DNA from: Acidobacteriota bacterium
Lineage (GTDB): Bacteria; Acidobacteriota; Thermoanaerobaculia; Multivoradales; JAHEKO01
DNA length: 64,000 nucleotides
Direction: 5' to 3'
Assembly (NCBI GenBank): GCA_022561975.1
Contig: JADFQD010000001.1
Span: 2,915 to 66,914 of the forward strand
The notes under the pieces were generated by a model, which was not told the origin of the DNA, ran no database searches, and saw nothing but the letters and a program-made list of their open reading frames with translations. Of the stretch, positions 1-9,900 are shown piece by piece. How positions within the stretch are numbered: the first letter of the stretch is position 1; every line of letters begins with the position of its first letter. A program made the translations under genes and the position numbers.

Positions 1-624
1 GCTCTCGCCGGCGAACTGCTTGAAGTCCTTGAAGTTGTCCGAGTAGACCCGCTTGCCGGTCTTGCCATCGTAGACCTCCATCACGATGTCGTACTCAAAA
101 CCGGTCTGCTCGACCAGCACTTGTCGATAGTACGTCCTGCCGTCGTAAGGCGATTCATAGGCCTCGGTTCGATAACCGCTGCGGTCCTGAATGTCGAAGT
201 CGAGGCTGCCTGCCAGGATCAGGTCCGCGCCGGTCCGCTCGCCCACAACTCGCCAAAAATCATGGTTCTTCGACAGGTCCGCGAAATCGTAGGTCGGGTA
301 GTCAATCGGTCCGGCCTCCACCAGCTTGAGGCGGGTCCGGCGCCGCAGGATTCGTTTCAGATACTCCTCGAACTCCTCCTGGACGTTCACCCCACGGCGC
401 GCGATCGGCATCTCGCCCTCCTGAGAGACCACGAGGAAAGGCGCCAGGGTGACGGTTTCGACATTGGTCAGGTCCAACCGCGCCCGAACCGGCACCTTGA
501 ACCGCACCTCGACGGTGCCGCCGGCGACCGCCGGCTTGGACAACCCCAGTCCCAAGACGAGGACACCCAGCAAGACGGTGGCCCCGGCCGAGAACCGCAG
601 GCAGATTTTCTTGAAGCGTCGCAT
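1..624 (-). CDS. Secreted/lipoprotein-like hypothetical protein, 3' end outside window (N-term MRRFKKICLRFSAGATVLLGVLVLGLGLSKPAVAGG...)
   Basis: Hand translation of the minus strand from ATG at ~624 runs open to the window edge with a signal-peptide-like N-terminus and a protein-like composition. It is absent from the ORF track because there is no stop inside the window. Confidence 0.5.
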   Translation of the reverse strand, partial: MRRFKKICLRFSAGATVLLGVLVLGLGLSKPAVAGGTVEVRFKVPVRARLDLTNVETVTLAPFLVVSQEGEMPIARRGVNVQEEFEEYLKRILRRRTRLKLVEAGPIDYPTYDFADLSKNHDFWRVVGERTGADLILAGSLDFDIQDRSGYRTEAYESPYDGRTYYRQVLVEQTGFEYDIVMEVYDGKTGKRVYSDNFKDFKQFAGES

Positions 625-704
625 TGGGGGCACCGGAGGCATCAGGTCGTCTCTCATTAGGAAAACTCCGCTTGCGGGTTCGATAAGCAAGGTCCGGGCC
701 GCCG

Positions 705-1244
705 CTATCGTCCGGAGTCCTCGGCGGAATCCTCGGCGGAATCGCTGGTTTCGGCAGCCTCACCTTGGGCCGACTCATTCTTCGACTCAGGAGAGGACTC
801 AGGAAGGGACTCAGAAGAGGCGTCAGGCGGGGAGTCCGTCGGAGAGTCAGGCGTCTCCGACTCGTCGTCCGTTTTGGGTCTCAAACTCTCGTAGAACTCG
901 ATGAATTGCGCGTAGTTGCGTCGTAAATCCCGGTTCGAAGAATCCCCTGCCAGGGCACGCTTGTAGTGCTCGAGGGCCTGGTCGAATTGGCCGATCGCTT
1001 CGTAGGCCACCGCCATGTTGTTGAGCACACGAACGTCGCCCGGCCGCTCTTTCGAGACTCTGGAGAAACGAAAAATGGCCTCGTTCCATAGCCCACGCTT
1101 CGCCATCTCAATGCCGAAGGCAAGCTGAGCATCGAGCGCGTTCTTAGCCGCCTCGGCCGGCGGCGCCATCAAGAACAGCGCCGCCAAGAGCACGGACGCC
1201 GTCAAAAAACTTGTCGACTGAACCGATTGGCTAGCTGGGCGCAT
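705..1244 (-). CDS. TPR-repeat secreted protein with acidic Ser/Asp/Glu-rich C-terminal tail
   Basis: Internal Met (MRPASQSVQSTSFLTASVLLAALFLMAPPAEA) gives a signal peptide. TPR-like helices follow (AYEAIGQFDQALEHYKRALAGD). The upstream part of the 232-aa ORF overlaps dprA and is probably not translated. Confidence 0.6.
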   Translation of the reverse strand: MRPASQSVQSTSFLTASVLLAALFLMAPPAEAAKNALDAQLAFGIEMAKRGLWNEAIFRFSRVSKERPGDVRVLNNMAVAYEAIGQFDQALEHYKRALAGDSSNRDLRRNYAQFIEFYESLRPKTDDESETPDSPTDSPPDASSESLPESSPESKNESAQGEAAETSDSAEDSAEDSGR

Positions 1245-2582
1245 TCGAGTAACTTCCTCCAGGTTCTTCCCGCATTCGGACCTCACTCTGAACAATTCCG
1301 GGTCCAGGAGTATATACGAGCACAGGCGCGATTGGCTTGGGCGCGGGTTTCCGCCTACCGAGCCGCGACCGCCAGCCTCGGGCGATGGTTGGCGTCTGTC
1401 CATAGCGTGGATACCCAGCAGCTGGACGACCTGACTGTTGCGCTCAACGCCTCACCCCTCGTATCGAGAGAGGCGAATTGCCGGCTTTCGGTTACACCCG
1501 AAATCTGGCTCGACGCGCCCTCCACCACCCTCGGGGAGTTGGCGCACGACCTCGGCGTCTCGACCCGGTCGATTCGCCACGCCCGCGAGTGCGCTCGCAG
1601 CGCGCACCATCTGGCCGCAAACGAGAGGGCCCGAGCCCGCGACGTCGGAGGTGCGATCGTGACCCGCCACAGTCCTCATTACCCGGTCGAGCTTCTCGAT
1701 CTCGATCTTCCGCCGCCCGTCCTCTACGTGCTCGGTCACCTGCCGAGACGACCCGCCATCTCGATCGTGGGCTCGAGAAAGGCCGACCCGTACGCTATCG
1801 AGGTTGCCGAAAAGTTCGCCGGAGAACTCGCTGTGGCCGGCCTCACGGTGGTTTCCGGGCTCGCTCTGGGTGTGGATTCGGCGGCTCACCAAGGGGCCCT
1901 CGCGGTGGGCGGCCAAACCGTGGCGGTCCTCGGCTGTGGAATCGATATCGACTACCCGAGAGGCAACCGGCGCCTGAGAGCCCGAATGGCCGAAAGCGGA
2001 GCCATCGTGACCGAGTTCCCGATCGGGACGGCCCCGGAGCCGTACCACTTTCCAATTCGAAACCGCATCATCGCGGCGCTGGGCTGCGGGACCCTGGTCG
2101 TCCGCGGCACATTGCGATCAGGGTCGTTGATCACAGCCGGCTGCGCGCTGACACTGGGCCGTCTGGTGTGGGCAATCCCGGGCAACATCTTCGATCCCCG
2201 GTCGATGGGGCCGAACAGCCTGATTCGCGACGGCGCTCATCCCGCACAAACCTCGGGTGAACTCTTGGAGACTCTGCCCACCGCTGTACAGCAGCAGCTG
2301 GAGGCCGCCTCGGCATCTGCCGGAGCATTGGGCAATGGCGCCGGCGAGCCGCTCGCCGCGCCGGGCGAAACAGCGCCCAACCGCAGCGACCTCGCCAAGC
2401 TCTTCCATTCGATCCCCGCCGGCGAGACCGCCGATGCATCGGCCCTGCTCGAGACCACCGCCCTGGGCCTGGACGAGGTGCTGAGCCTCCTGGTCGAACT
2501 CGAGATCATGGGCTTTCTGACCCGCTATCCCGGACCGGTGTGGGGACGCTCCGGCTCCCCTCCGAGACCAGACAGGGAATGA
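1227..2582 (+). CDS. dprA: DNA processing protein A (DprA/Smf); true start probably downstream of 1227
   Basis: Rossmann-fold DprA motifs are present: ISIVGSRKADPYAIEVAEKFAGELAVAGLTVVSGLALGVDSAAHQGAL and GCGIDIDYPRGN. A C-terminal winged-helix-like tail is present, and the gene sits immediately upstream of topA as in many bacteria. Confidence 0.85.
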   Translation: MASWAHSSNFLQVLPAFGPHSEQFRVQEYIRAQARLAWARVSAYRAATASLGRWLASVHSVDTQQLDDLTVALNASPLVSREANCRLSVTPEIWLDAPSTTLGELAHDLGVSTRSIRHARECARSAHHLAANERARARDVGGAIVTRHSPHYPVELLDLDLPPPVLYVLGHLPRRPAISIVGSRKADPYAIEVAEKFAGELAVAGLTVVSGLALGVDSAAHQGALAVGGQTVAVLGCGIDIDYPRGNRRLRARMAESGAIVTEFPIGTAPEPYHFPIRNRIIAALGCGTLVVRGTLRSGSLITAGCALTLGRLVWAIPGNIFDPRSMGPNSLIRDGAHPAQTSGELLETLPTAVQQQLEAASASAGALGNGAGEPLAAPGETAPNRSDLAKLFHSIPAGETADASALLETTALGLDEVLSLLVELEIMGFLTRYPGPVWGRSGSPPRPDRE

Positions 2583-2600
2583 AGCCGTGGTTGCGAGTGT

Positions 2601-4949
2601 TTGCAGTCCGGTGGTAAGGTCCGCGACCGTCCGCAGCCGCAAGGCTACTTTGCACGCAGATTGGAAACCAAATTGGCCAAAAACCTCATCATCGTCGAGA
2701 GCCCGACCAAAACCAGGACGCTCAAGAAGTTCCTCGGGCGGGACTATGCCGTCGAGGCGTCGGTCGGCCACATTCGTGATCTCGAGAAGAAGGACTTGGG
2801 CATCGGAGAGAACTTCGAGCCCCGCTATCGGGTGTTGCCCAAGAAAGAAGATGTCGTCAAGAGGCTCAGGGCCCAGGCCAAGAAGGCGGAGATGGTCTTC
2901 CTGGCTCCCGATCCGGATCGCGAGGGCGAGGCCATCGCCTGGCACATTGCCGAGGTTCTAGGTCGCGACCCGGCGACCATTCGTCGGGTGACCTTCAATG
3001 AAATCACGAAAAAAGCGGTGCTCCATGCCCTCGAGCATCCCGGCGAGATCAACCAGAACCGGGTCAACGCGCAACAGGCTCGACGCATTATCGATCGGCT
3101 GATGGGCTTCAAGCTGTCGCCGCTTCTCTGGGACAAGGTCAAGCGTGGACTGTCTGCAGGGCGCGTTCAATCGGTCGCACTCAAGATGGTCTGCGAGCGG
3201 CAAGCCGAGATCGATGCCTTCCATCCGGTCGAATACTGGATTATCTCGGCTTACCTGGAGGGCTCGAAGCCGCCCGCGTTCACCGCGAGGCTGCACAAGA
3301 TCGGCGGCAAGAAAGCCGAAGTCGGCAACGGCGACGACTCCGCAAAGATCGTCACGGCCCTCGAGGCGGGCCACTTCAAAGTCGCCGAGATTCTCAAGCG
3401 CGAATCCAAACAGCGCCCAAGCCCGCCCTTCATCACCAGCCGCCTCCAGCAGGAAGCCTCGCGACGCTTCGGATTCTCGGCCAAGCGCACCATGGGCGTA
3501 GCGCAAGGACTGTATGAAGGCAAAGAGATCGGGAGCCGCGGAGCGGTCGGTCTGATCACCTACATGAGAACCGATTCGACGCGAGTAGCGAACGAGGCCA
3601 TCCGCGCCGCGCGCGAGTTCGTCACCTCGGCCTACGGCGCCGACAAGCTGCCAAGCAAACCCAATGTCTACAAATCCAAGAAGGGGGCACAGGATGCTCA
3701 CGAGGCCATCCGCCCGACCACTTTCGACCTTCCGCCCAAAGAAGTTGCCAGGTACCTCAAACCGGAAGAGTTCAAGCTCTACGAGCTGATCTGGAATCGT
3801 TTCATCGCTTCGCAGATGAAACCGGCAGTCTTCGATATCACCCGTGTGGATATTTCCACCGGTCCCTACATCCTGCGCGCCAACGGCAAGGTGATGAAGG
3901 ACCCGGGCTTTCTCTCTGTCTATCAGGAGGTACGGGGCGCCGCCGACATTCCCGAGGAACCGACGGACAGCGTACTCCCAACGCTTGCCGAAGGCGAGAG
4001 CCTTACGCTCCACAAAATCACGCCGGAGCAGAAGTTCACCAAGCCGGCGTCGCGCTACAGCGAAGCCACACTGATCAAGGCTCTGGAAGAAAACGGCATC
4101 GGACGCCCATCGACCTACGCCAGCATTCTGGCAACACTCGCCAACCGCGAATATACCGAGAGAGTCGAGCGGCGATTCAAACCGACCGCTCTCGGCAAGG
4201 TCGTGAATCAACTTCTCCAAAGCGGATTCTCCGACATCATCAACGAGGGCTACACCGCCCGGCTGGAAGAGAAGCTCGACTTGATCGAAGAGGGTGAACT
4301 CGAGTGGCGGGTCGCACTTGCCGAGTTCGACGAGAAGTTCTCGAAGGACCTCGAACACGCCGGCGAGCAGATGCCCAACATCAAGAAAGAGGGCATCCCC
4401 ACGGACGAAAAATGCCCGGACTGCAGCTCCCCTCTGGTCATGCGGTTCGGCCGCTATGGCGGCTTCTTGGGCTGCACCGGTTATCCCGAGTGCAAGTACA
4501 CCCGCGACATCGAGACCCCGGAAGGCGAAGATGGCGAGAAGAAGGAGGGCTCCGAGGAAGTCCCACCCTGCGAGAAATGCGGGCAGCCAATGACCCTCAA
4601 GCGCAGCCGCTTCGGAACGTTCTACGGATGCTCCGCCTACCCGGAGTGCAAGAACATTCGCAAGACCGGTCCCGCGGCGGCATCGCCGAAGAGCACCGGT
4701 ATCGCCTGCCCCGAATGCAAAGAAGGCGAGATCCAAGAGAAGACCTCCCGGCGTGGCAAGATCTTCTATTCCTGTAGCCGCTATCCCGACTGCAAATTTG
4801 CGCTCTGGAAGCCGCCGGTAGAGAAAGTCTGTCCGGAGTGCGAATTCCCGCTCTTGGTCGAGAAAGTCACCAAAAGGAAGGGCACCCAGCACGTCTGCCA
4901 CAAGAAAGAATGTGGCTACGAAGAAGACATCGCCCCGCCGGCCGGGTAG
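2601..4949 (+). CDS. topA: DNA topoisomerase I with C-terminal zinc-ribbon repeats
   Basis: TOPRIM N-terminus (LIIVESPTKTRTL, DPDREGEAIAWH) and a Tyr-containing active-site region (GLITYMRTDSTR). There are four C-terminal CxxC...CxxC zinc-ribbon modules. Confidence 0.95.
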   Translation: MQSGGKVRDRPQPQGYFARRLETKLAKNLIIVESPTKTRTLKKFLGRDYAVEASVGHIRDLEKKDLGIGENFEPRYRVLPKKEDVVKRLRAQAKKAEMVFLAPDPDREGEAIAWHIAEVLGRDPATIRRVTFNEITKKAVLHALEHPGEINQNRVNAQQARRIIDRLMGFKLSPLLWDKVKRGLSAGRVQSVALKMVCERQAEIDAFHPVEYWIISAYLEGSKPPAFTARLHKIGGKKAEVGNGDDSAKIVTALEAGHFKVAEILKRESKQRPSPPFITSRLQQEASRRFGFSAKRTMGVAQGLYEGKEIGSRGAVGLITYMRTDSTRVANEAIRAAREFVTSAYGADKLPSKPNVYKSKKGAQDAHEAIRPTTFDLPPKEVARYLKPEEFKLYELIWNRFIASQMKPAVFDITRVDISTGPYILRANGKVMKDPGFLSVYQEVRGAADIPEEPTDSVLPTLAEGESLTLHKITPEQKFTKPASRYSEATLIKALEENGIGRPSTYASILATLANREYTERVERRFKPTALGKVVNQLLQSGFSDIINEGYTARLEEKLDLIEEGELEWRVALAEFDEKFSKDLEHAGEQMPNIKKEGIPTDEKCPDCSSPLVMRFGRYGGFLGCTGYPECKYTRDIETPEGEDGEKKEGSEEVPPCEKCGQPMTLKRSRFGTFYGCSAYPECKNIRKTGPAAASPKSTGIACPECKEGEIQEKTSRRGKIFYSCSRYPDCKFALWKPPVEKVCPECEFPLLVEKVTKRKGTQHVCHKKECGYEEDIAPPAG

Positions 4950-4952
4950 GCC

Positions 4953-5008
4953 ATCGGGGACACCTTTCCTAGTTGGGAGGGGACACGAAAGAATCGTGTC
5001 CCCGATAC
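4953..5008. repeat. REP-like palindromic element (copy 1): atcGGGGACACCtttcctag...GGGGACACGaaagaatCGTGTCCCCgat
   Basis: Nested inverted repeats in the 24-nt topA-trmFO spacer. It shares the GGGGACACC / CCTAG / GGAAA modules with the element at ~17519-17552. The trmFO TTG start lies inside it. Confidence 0.5.
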
Positions 5009-6427
5009 CCCGATGCCTATAATGAACTCGTGAACGATCCGGTCGAGGTCATCGGCGGCGGGCTCGCCGGCTGCGAGTGCGCCTATCAGCTCGCCGAGCG
5101 CGGCGTACCGGTGCGTCTCTGGGAAATGCGGCCCCGGCGAACGACCCCGGCCCACAAAACCGGCGATCTCGCGGAACTGGTGTGCAGTAATTCGCTTCGC
5201 AGCGATGATCCGCATCACGCCGCCGGCCTGCTCAAGCGCGAAATGGAGGCCCTGGGCTCGTTGATCATCGCTGCTGCGCGAGCTTCGGCTGTCCCGGCCG
5301 GCAGTGCCCTCGCGGTCGATCGACATCGGTTCGCGAGCCGGATTACCGAGACGCTCACATCTCACCCGCTGATTCAGATCGAGCGCCGCGAGAAAACCGA
5401 GCTGCCCACCGGAGATGCCGTGATCGCCACCGGGCCGCTGACCTCGCCCGACATGTCGCGGGCCCTCACCGAGCTGCTCGGGAGCGAACACCTCTATTTC
5501 TACGACTCGATCGCTCCGATCGTAGATTCCGAGAGCCTCGACGAATCGAAACTCTTCGCGGCCTCACGCTACGACAAGGGGGAAGGCGACGACTATCTCA
5601 ACGCACCGTTTGATCGCGAGCAGTATCTAGCGTTTCATAGAGCCATCGTCGAAGCCGAAGTCAGCCCGCTCCACGACTTCGAGCAAACGCTCTTCTTCGA
5701 AGGCTGTCTCCCGATCGAAGAACTCGCCCGCCGTGGCGTCGACACGCTTCGTTTCGGCCCGATGAAGCCGGTCGGACTTCGCACACCCGACGGTTCGCGT
5801 CCCCATGCTGTCGTCCAATTTCGCCGCGAGGACCTCGCCCGCTCGCAATACAACCTCGTGGGTTTTCAATCGCGGATGAAATGGGGCGAGCAGAAGAGGG
5901 TGTTCCGCATGATTCCAGGACTCGAGAACGCTCGTTTCACGCGACTCGGACAGGTCCACCGCAATACGTTCTTGAACTCACCGATTCACCTGAACCGCTT
6001 CTACCGCTTGAAGACCCGGCCCCGAATTCGCATCGCGGGTCAGATTACCGGGGTTGAAGGCTATCTGGAATCCGCCGCCACCGGACTGGCAGCCGGCCTC
6101 TACCTGAGCTTGGAACGTGCGGGGGTCTCCGCCTCGGCGCTGCCCGTCGCAACCGCCCTGGGTGCCCTCGCTCGCCACCTGACCGAATCCAACCCGGCTC
6201 GATTCCAGCCTGCCAACATCAACTACGGCCTGTTCCCAGAACTCGGCCCAGAACTCGGCCCCGAGCTCGACCCCGAGTTCAAAAGGCGCTCGAAACGCCA
6301 CCAGCGTCGCCAAGCCCTGGCCGAGCGTGCTCGCGACGCTCTCCTGGCGTGGTGCCGCGACCATCGGGTCGAAGTCGTTCAGCCGCAACCGGCCAAGGAC
6401 GGCAAGGTGCTGACTTGCGCAAGTTGA
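4973..6427 (+). CDS. trmFO: Methylenetetrahydrofolate--tRNA-(uracil54-C5)-methyltransferase TrmFO (Gid)
   Basis: FAD-binding N-terminus VEVIGGGLAGCECAYQLA. Conserved blocks CSNSLRSDD and GQITGVEGYLESAATGLAAGL. The C-terminus carries a short ELGPELGPELDPE repeat insert. Confidence 0.9.
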   Translation: MGGDTKESCPRYPDAYNELVNDPVEVIGGGLAGCECAYQLAERGVPVRLWEMRPRRTTPAHKTGDLAELVCSNSLRSDDPHHAAGLLKREMEALGSLIIAAARASAVPAGSALAVDRHRFASRITETLTSHPLIQIERREKTELPTGDAVIATGPLTSPDMSRALTELLGSEHLYFYDSIAPIVDSESLDESKLFAASRYDKGEGDDYLNAPFDREQYLAFHRAIVEAEVSPLHDFEQTLFFEGCLPIEELARRGVDTLRFGPMKPVGLRTPDGSRPHAVVQFRREDLARSQYNLVGFQSRMKWGEQKRVFRMIPGLENARFTRLGQVHRNTFLNSPIHLNRFYRLKTRPRIRIAGQITGVEGYLESAATGLAAGLYLSLERAGVSASALPVATALGALARHLTESNPARFQPANINYGLFPELGPELGPELDPEFKRRSKRHQRRQALAERARDALLAWCRDHRVEVVQPQPAKDGKVLTCAS

Positions 6428-7371
6428 TCGACCGTTATCTCGAGCACCTGCTCGAGGAGCGCAATCTCTCCCCCCACACGCTGCGCGCCTACCGCCGAGA
6501 CCTCGACCAGTTTCTCGATTTCCTGGCGCGGGACTTCCTTGCCCAGAAGCCCAACCGGGTTCGAGCCAACGAGATCGACGCGCTTGCGGTGAGATCCTTC
6601 CTCGCCTGGCTGTCGCGACGAGACGTCGGGCCGCGCAGCCAGGCACGAACTCTCTCGGCGGTTCGAAGTTTGTTTCGTTTCGCCTGTCGCGAAGGCGAGC
6701 TCGAGAAGAACCCGGCCACGGCGGTCCGCACACCCAAGCAACCCCGGACCCTGCCCCGCCACCTGCGCCCAGAGGAGATCGAAACATTGCTCGAGGCCGT
6801 CGCCGGTGACGAGCCGCTCGTGCGTCGGGACCGCGCCATACTCGAAGTCCTGTACGCAGCAGGAGTGCGTGTCGGAGAACTCGTGTCACTGGATTGGAAC
6901 GACATCGATTTGAAAGGCCGTGTGCTCCGGGTTCTCGGAAAGGGCGGCAAGGAGCGCATGGTGCCTTTCGGCCGGCTCGCGGCCGAGGCGCTGCGCAGGT
7001 GGATGGAAAGCTGGAGAGAGCTGCGGTGCTCGACCCGATCGGCCGCAATCGAGGGTTTCGGTGACCCGGTTTTTCTCAACTACCGCGGCGATCGCCTTTC
7101 GGCCCGATCGGTCCGCCGGCTGGTCGACCAGCGCGTGGCACAGGCCGCGATCGCGAGCGGGGTTCATCCACACACTCTCCGGCATACGTTCGCCACACAT
7201 CTTCTCGAGGGCGGAGCGGATTTGCGTTCGATTCAGGAGCTTCTCGGACACAGTTCCCTCTCGACCACGCAGAACTACACCCATCTCGAGGTGGAGCGAA
7301 TGCAAAGAGTCTATCGCGACGCCCATCCGCGAGCCCGCAGATCCCAAAGGAAGAGCCAAAGGAGGAGATAA
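6349..7371 (+). CDS. xerC: Tyrosine recombinase XerC/XerD family (probable start at TTG ~6415 overlapping trmFO stop)
   Basis: N-terminal SAM-like core-binding domain (YLEHLLEERNLSPHTLRAYRRDLDQF). Catalytic motifs RVGELVSLDWNDID, HTLRHTFATHLLEGGADLRSIQELLGHSSLSTTQNYTHL, with the catalytic Tyr in YTHL. Confidence 0.85.
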   Translation: MVPRPSGRSRSAATGQGRQGADLRKLIDRYLEHLLEERNLSPHTLRAYRRDLDQFLDFLARDFLAQKPNRVRANEIDALAVRSFLAWLSRRDVGPRSQARTLSAVRSLFRFACREGELEKNPATAVRTPKQPRTLPRHLRPEEIETLLEAVAGDEPLVRRDRAILEVLYAAGVRVGELVSLDWNDIDLKGRVLRVLGKGGKERMVPFGRLAAEALRRWMESWRELRCSTRSAAIEGFGDPVFLNYRGDRLSARSVRRLVDQRVAQAAIASGVHPHTLRHTFATHLLEGGADLRSIQELLGHSSLSTTQNYTHLEVERMQRVYRDAHPRARRSQRKSQRRR

Positions 7372-7380
7372 CTGGAAGAG

Positions 7381-7965
7381 ATGACCGCAATCAACCCCAG
7401 CAAGAACTTCGGCTGCACGCCCGACGGAGTCGTCGCCTCCGGCCAGAAGCGCCTGGCCCGGGTCTTCGCGCTCCTGGGACTCGCCCTCTTGGGTGCGGCG
7501 GGCTACGCTCTCCTTACTCGTCAGGTTTTCGGCGGTGCGCTTGCATTCCTCCTCGCCCTCAGCGTTTTCGTCATCTACCGAATGAGCCGGGAACTCGACC
7601 CGACAGAACTCATCGTCGAAAACCAAACCCTCGCCATCTTCATGCGCCACGCGCTGCGCCGGATTCCGCTCGAGGGCGCCACGGTTCGCCGGCTCAAAAA
7701 AGACGAGATCGAGCACTTGGCGGTGCTCACCAGCTCGGGTGGATTCGTTGCCGGTTCGGGTGGATTCGACTCCCATGTTCTGGGCGAGTTCGACCTCTAC
7801 GCCAGCCGTCTCGAAAACGCGGTCCTGCTCGAGACCCTCGACGGCCGCCTCATCGTCACTCCGGACGAGCCCGATGCGTTTGTGGCCGCCACAACTCGCG
7901 CGTCTACCCCCGATGGCCACAATGGCCGCAATGCCAGCAATGGCGGCAAGATGCCACTGCTATGA
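7381..7965 (+). CDS. Hypothetical membrane protein (two N-terminal TM helices, bPH-like core) inserted between xerC and hslV
   Basis: Good RBS (aggagg) before the ATG. Hydrophobic segments LARVFALLGLALLGAAGYALL and ALAFLLALSVFVIY. No recognisable family. Confidence 0.5.
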   Translation: MTAINPSKNFGCTPDGVVASGQKRLARVFALLGLALLGAAGYALLTRQVFGGALAFLLALSVFVIYRMSRELDPTELIVENQTLAIFMRHALRRIPLEGATVRRLKKDEIEHLAVLTSSGGFVAGSGGFDSHVLGEFDLYASRLENAVLLETLDGRLIVTPDEPDAFVAATTRASTPDGHNGRNASNGGKMPLL

Positions 7966-7975
7966 TCTCCAACCC

Positions 7976-8509
7976 GTGACCAAGATTCGCTCTACCACAG
8001 TTCTGCTGGTCCGGCGAGATGACGAAGTCTGTCTGGTTTCGGACGGCCAGGTCACCGTGCAAGACACGGTGATCAAGAGTACCGCCAGCAAGGTCAAGCG
8101 TGCCGGTGGGGGTCTGGTTCTGGTGGGGTTCGCCGGCGGAGCCGCCGACGCCTTGGCGCTCTTCTCGCGCTTCGAAGCCAAGCTCGAGGAATATCAGCTC
8201 AATCTCGAGCGCGCCGTCGTAGAGTTGGCCAAGGACTGGCGCACCGATCGAGCCATGCGGCAACTCCAGGCTCAGATGATCGTCGCCGACAAGGACACTA
8301 GTTTCCTGGTTTCCGGCAACGGAGATCTCTTGCAGCCCGACGACGGCCTGCTTTCGATTGGCTCGGGCTCGAACTACGCCATCGCCGCGGCTCGCGCGCT
8401 GCTCTCTCACACCCGACTCTCGGCCCGTGAGATTGCCGAAGACGCGATGAAGATCGCCGCAGATATCTGTGTCTTCACCAACCACAACCTGACGATCGAA
8501 GAGCTATGA
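7976..8509 (+). CDS. hslV: ATP-dependent protease subunit HslV (CodW-like N-terminal extension; GTG start)
   Basis: [21 protein letters not shown]...[23 protein letters not shown]...[14 protein letters not shown] matches HslV. The track ORF 7739.. overlaps the upstream gene, and the in-frame GTG at ~7976 gives VTKIRS-TTV like B. subtilis CodW (SSFHA-TTI). Confidence 0.85.
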   Translation: MTKIRSTTVLLVRRDDEVCLVSDGQVTVQDTVIKSTASKVKRAGGGLVLVGFAGGAADALALFSRFEAKLEEYQLNLERAVVELAKDWRTDRAMRQLQAQMIVADKDTSFLVSGNGDLLQPDDGLLSIGSGSNYAIAAARALLSHTRLSAREIAEDAMKIAADICVFTNHNLTIEEL

Positions 8510-9900
8510 GTGCCTCGCAACCAGCGGCCATGACCTCAGAGACCCCAGCCGTCGACGACTCGTCTGAGCGCCTCGAAAGCCTAACGCCGCGCGAGATCGT
8601 CGCCGAGCTCGACAAGTTCGTGGTAGGTCAAAAGGCGGCCAAGCGAGCGGTCGCGATCGCACTACGTAACCGGTGGCGCCGCCAGCAGCTTCCTCCCGAG
8701 GTCGCCGAGGAGATTCAGCCCAAGAACATCCTGATGATCGGCTCGACCGGCGTCGGCAAGACCGAGATCGCGCGCCGGCTGGCGCGGCTGGCGCGTGCGC
8801 CATTTTTGAAGGTCGAAGCGACCAAGTTCACCGAGGTCGGCTACATGGGGCGGGACGTCGAATCCATGATCCGAGACCTGGTCGAGATCGCGGCCACGAT
8901 GGTGCGCGAGGAGAAGCGCGCCGTGGTGCGCGAGAGAGCCGCGCAAAAAGCCGAGGATCGGCTCCTTCAGCTGTTGATTCCGGTGCCGCCACCTTCGCCC
9001 GAAGTCGAGCATGCGACCGATTTCTCCGAAACGATCGAGAAGTTCCGACACAAGTTGCGTTCCGGCTCGCTCGACAACCGCATGGTCGAAGTCGAGGTCG
9101 AGGACAGCACCGGCCCGACCTTCGAGATGTTCACTCCGCAAGGCGTCGAGGAGGTCGGGATCAATCTAAAGGAAATGATGCCAGGTCTTTTCGCCCGGCG
9201 CCAGAAGCAACAGATGACCGTGCGCGAAGCCCGCGAGGTCCTCGAGCAGCAGGAAGCCGAAGCGCTGATCGATCGCCAGCAGGTGAGCCGTGATGCCAGG
9301 CGCCGGGTCGAGGAGGGCGGCATTATTTTTCTCGACGAAATCGACAAAATTGCCGGCCGGGAATCGCAGCACGGACCTGATGTCTCACGTGAGGGGGTTC
9401 AGCGCGACCTGCTACCCATCATCGAAGGCTCGACGGTGAGCACCAAGTACGGGGCAGTGAAGACCGACCACATCCTGTTCATCGCGGCCGGCGCGTTTCA
9501 TATGTCGAAACCCTCGGACCTGATTCCCGAACTTCAAGGACGACTGCCGATCCGTGTCGAACTCGATTCCCTGACCGAGGACGATTTCGTAAAGATCCTA
9601 ACCGAGCCCGAGACCGCCTTGACCAAGCAGTACCGGGCGCTGCTCTCGACCGAGAACGTCAACTTGGACTTCCAGGAGGACGCGATCCGTGAGCTCGCCC
9701 GCCTCGCGGTCGAGGTCAATCAGAACACTCAGAACATCGGAGCGCGAAGGCTTGCCACTCTGCTCGAGCGTCTGCTCGACGAGGTTTCCTTCGAAGCTCC
9801 GGACATGGGAGGGGTAAGCGTCACTATCGACGCCGGCTACGTCCAACGCGCAATTGCTGGGCTTGTCGAAGACCAGGACCTGAGTCGCTATGTCCTCTAA
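8506..9900 (+). CDS. hslU: ATP-dependent protease ATPase subunit HslU
   Basis: [34 protein letters not shown], Walker [16 protein letters not shown], and the [11 protein letters not shown] box. The ATGA overlap with hslV is typical. Confidence 0.95.
   Translation: MSASQPAAMTSETPAVDDSSERLESLTPREIVAELDKFVVGQKAAKRAVAIALRNRWRRQQLPPEVAEEIQPKNILMIGSTGVGKTEIARRLARLARAPFLKVEATKFTEVGYMGRDVESMIRDLVEIAATMVREEKRAVVRERAAQKAEDRLLQLLIPVPPPSPEVEHATDFSETIEKFRHKLRSGSLDNRMVEVEVEDSTGPTFEMFTPQGVEEVGINLKEMMPGLFARRQKQQMTVREAREVLEQQEAEALIDRQQVSRDARRRVEEGGIIFLDEIDKIAGRESQHGPDVSREGVQRDLLPIIEGSTVSTKYGAVKTDHILFIAAGAFHMSKPSDLIPELQGRLPIRVELDSLTEDDFVKILTEPETALTKQYRALLSTENVNLDFQEDAIRELARLAVEVNQNTQNIGARRLATLLERLLDEVSFEAPDMGGVSVTIDAGYVQRAIAGLVEDQDLSRYVL

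Noticed and set aside
2958-4901. 647-aa minus-strand ORF
   Set aside because: It is antisense to the well-supported topA, has no family signature and is Arg/Gly/Ala-rich. This is a typical high-GC antisense artefact.
7739-7975. N-terminal 79-aa extension of the HslV track ORF
   Set aside because: It overlaps the 3' end of the upstream membrane-protein gene in another frame and is Ser/Pro/Ala-rich. An in-frame GTG at 7976 gives a canonical CodW-like HslV N-terminus.
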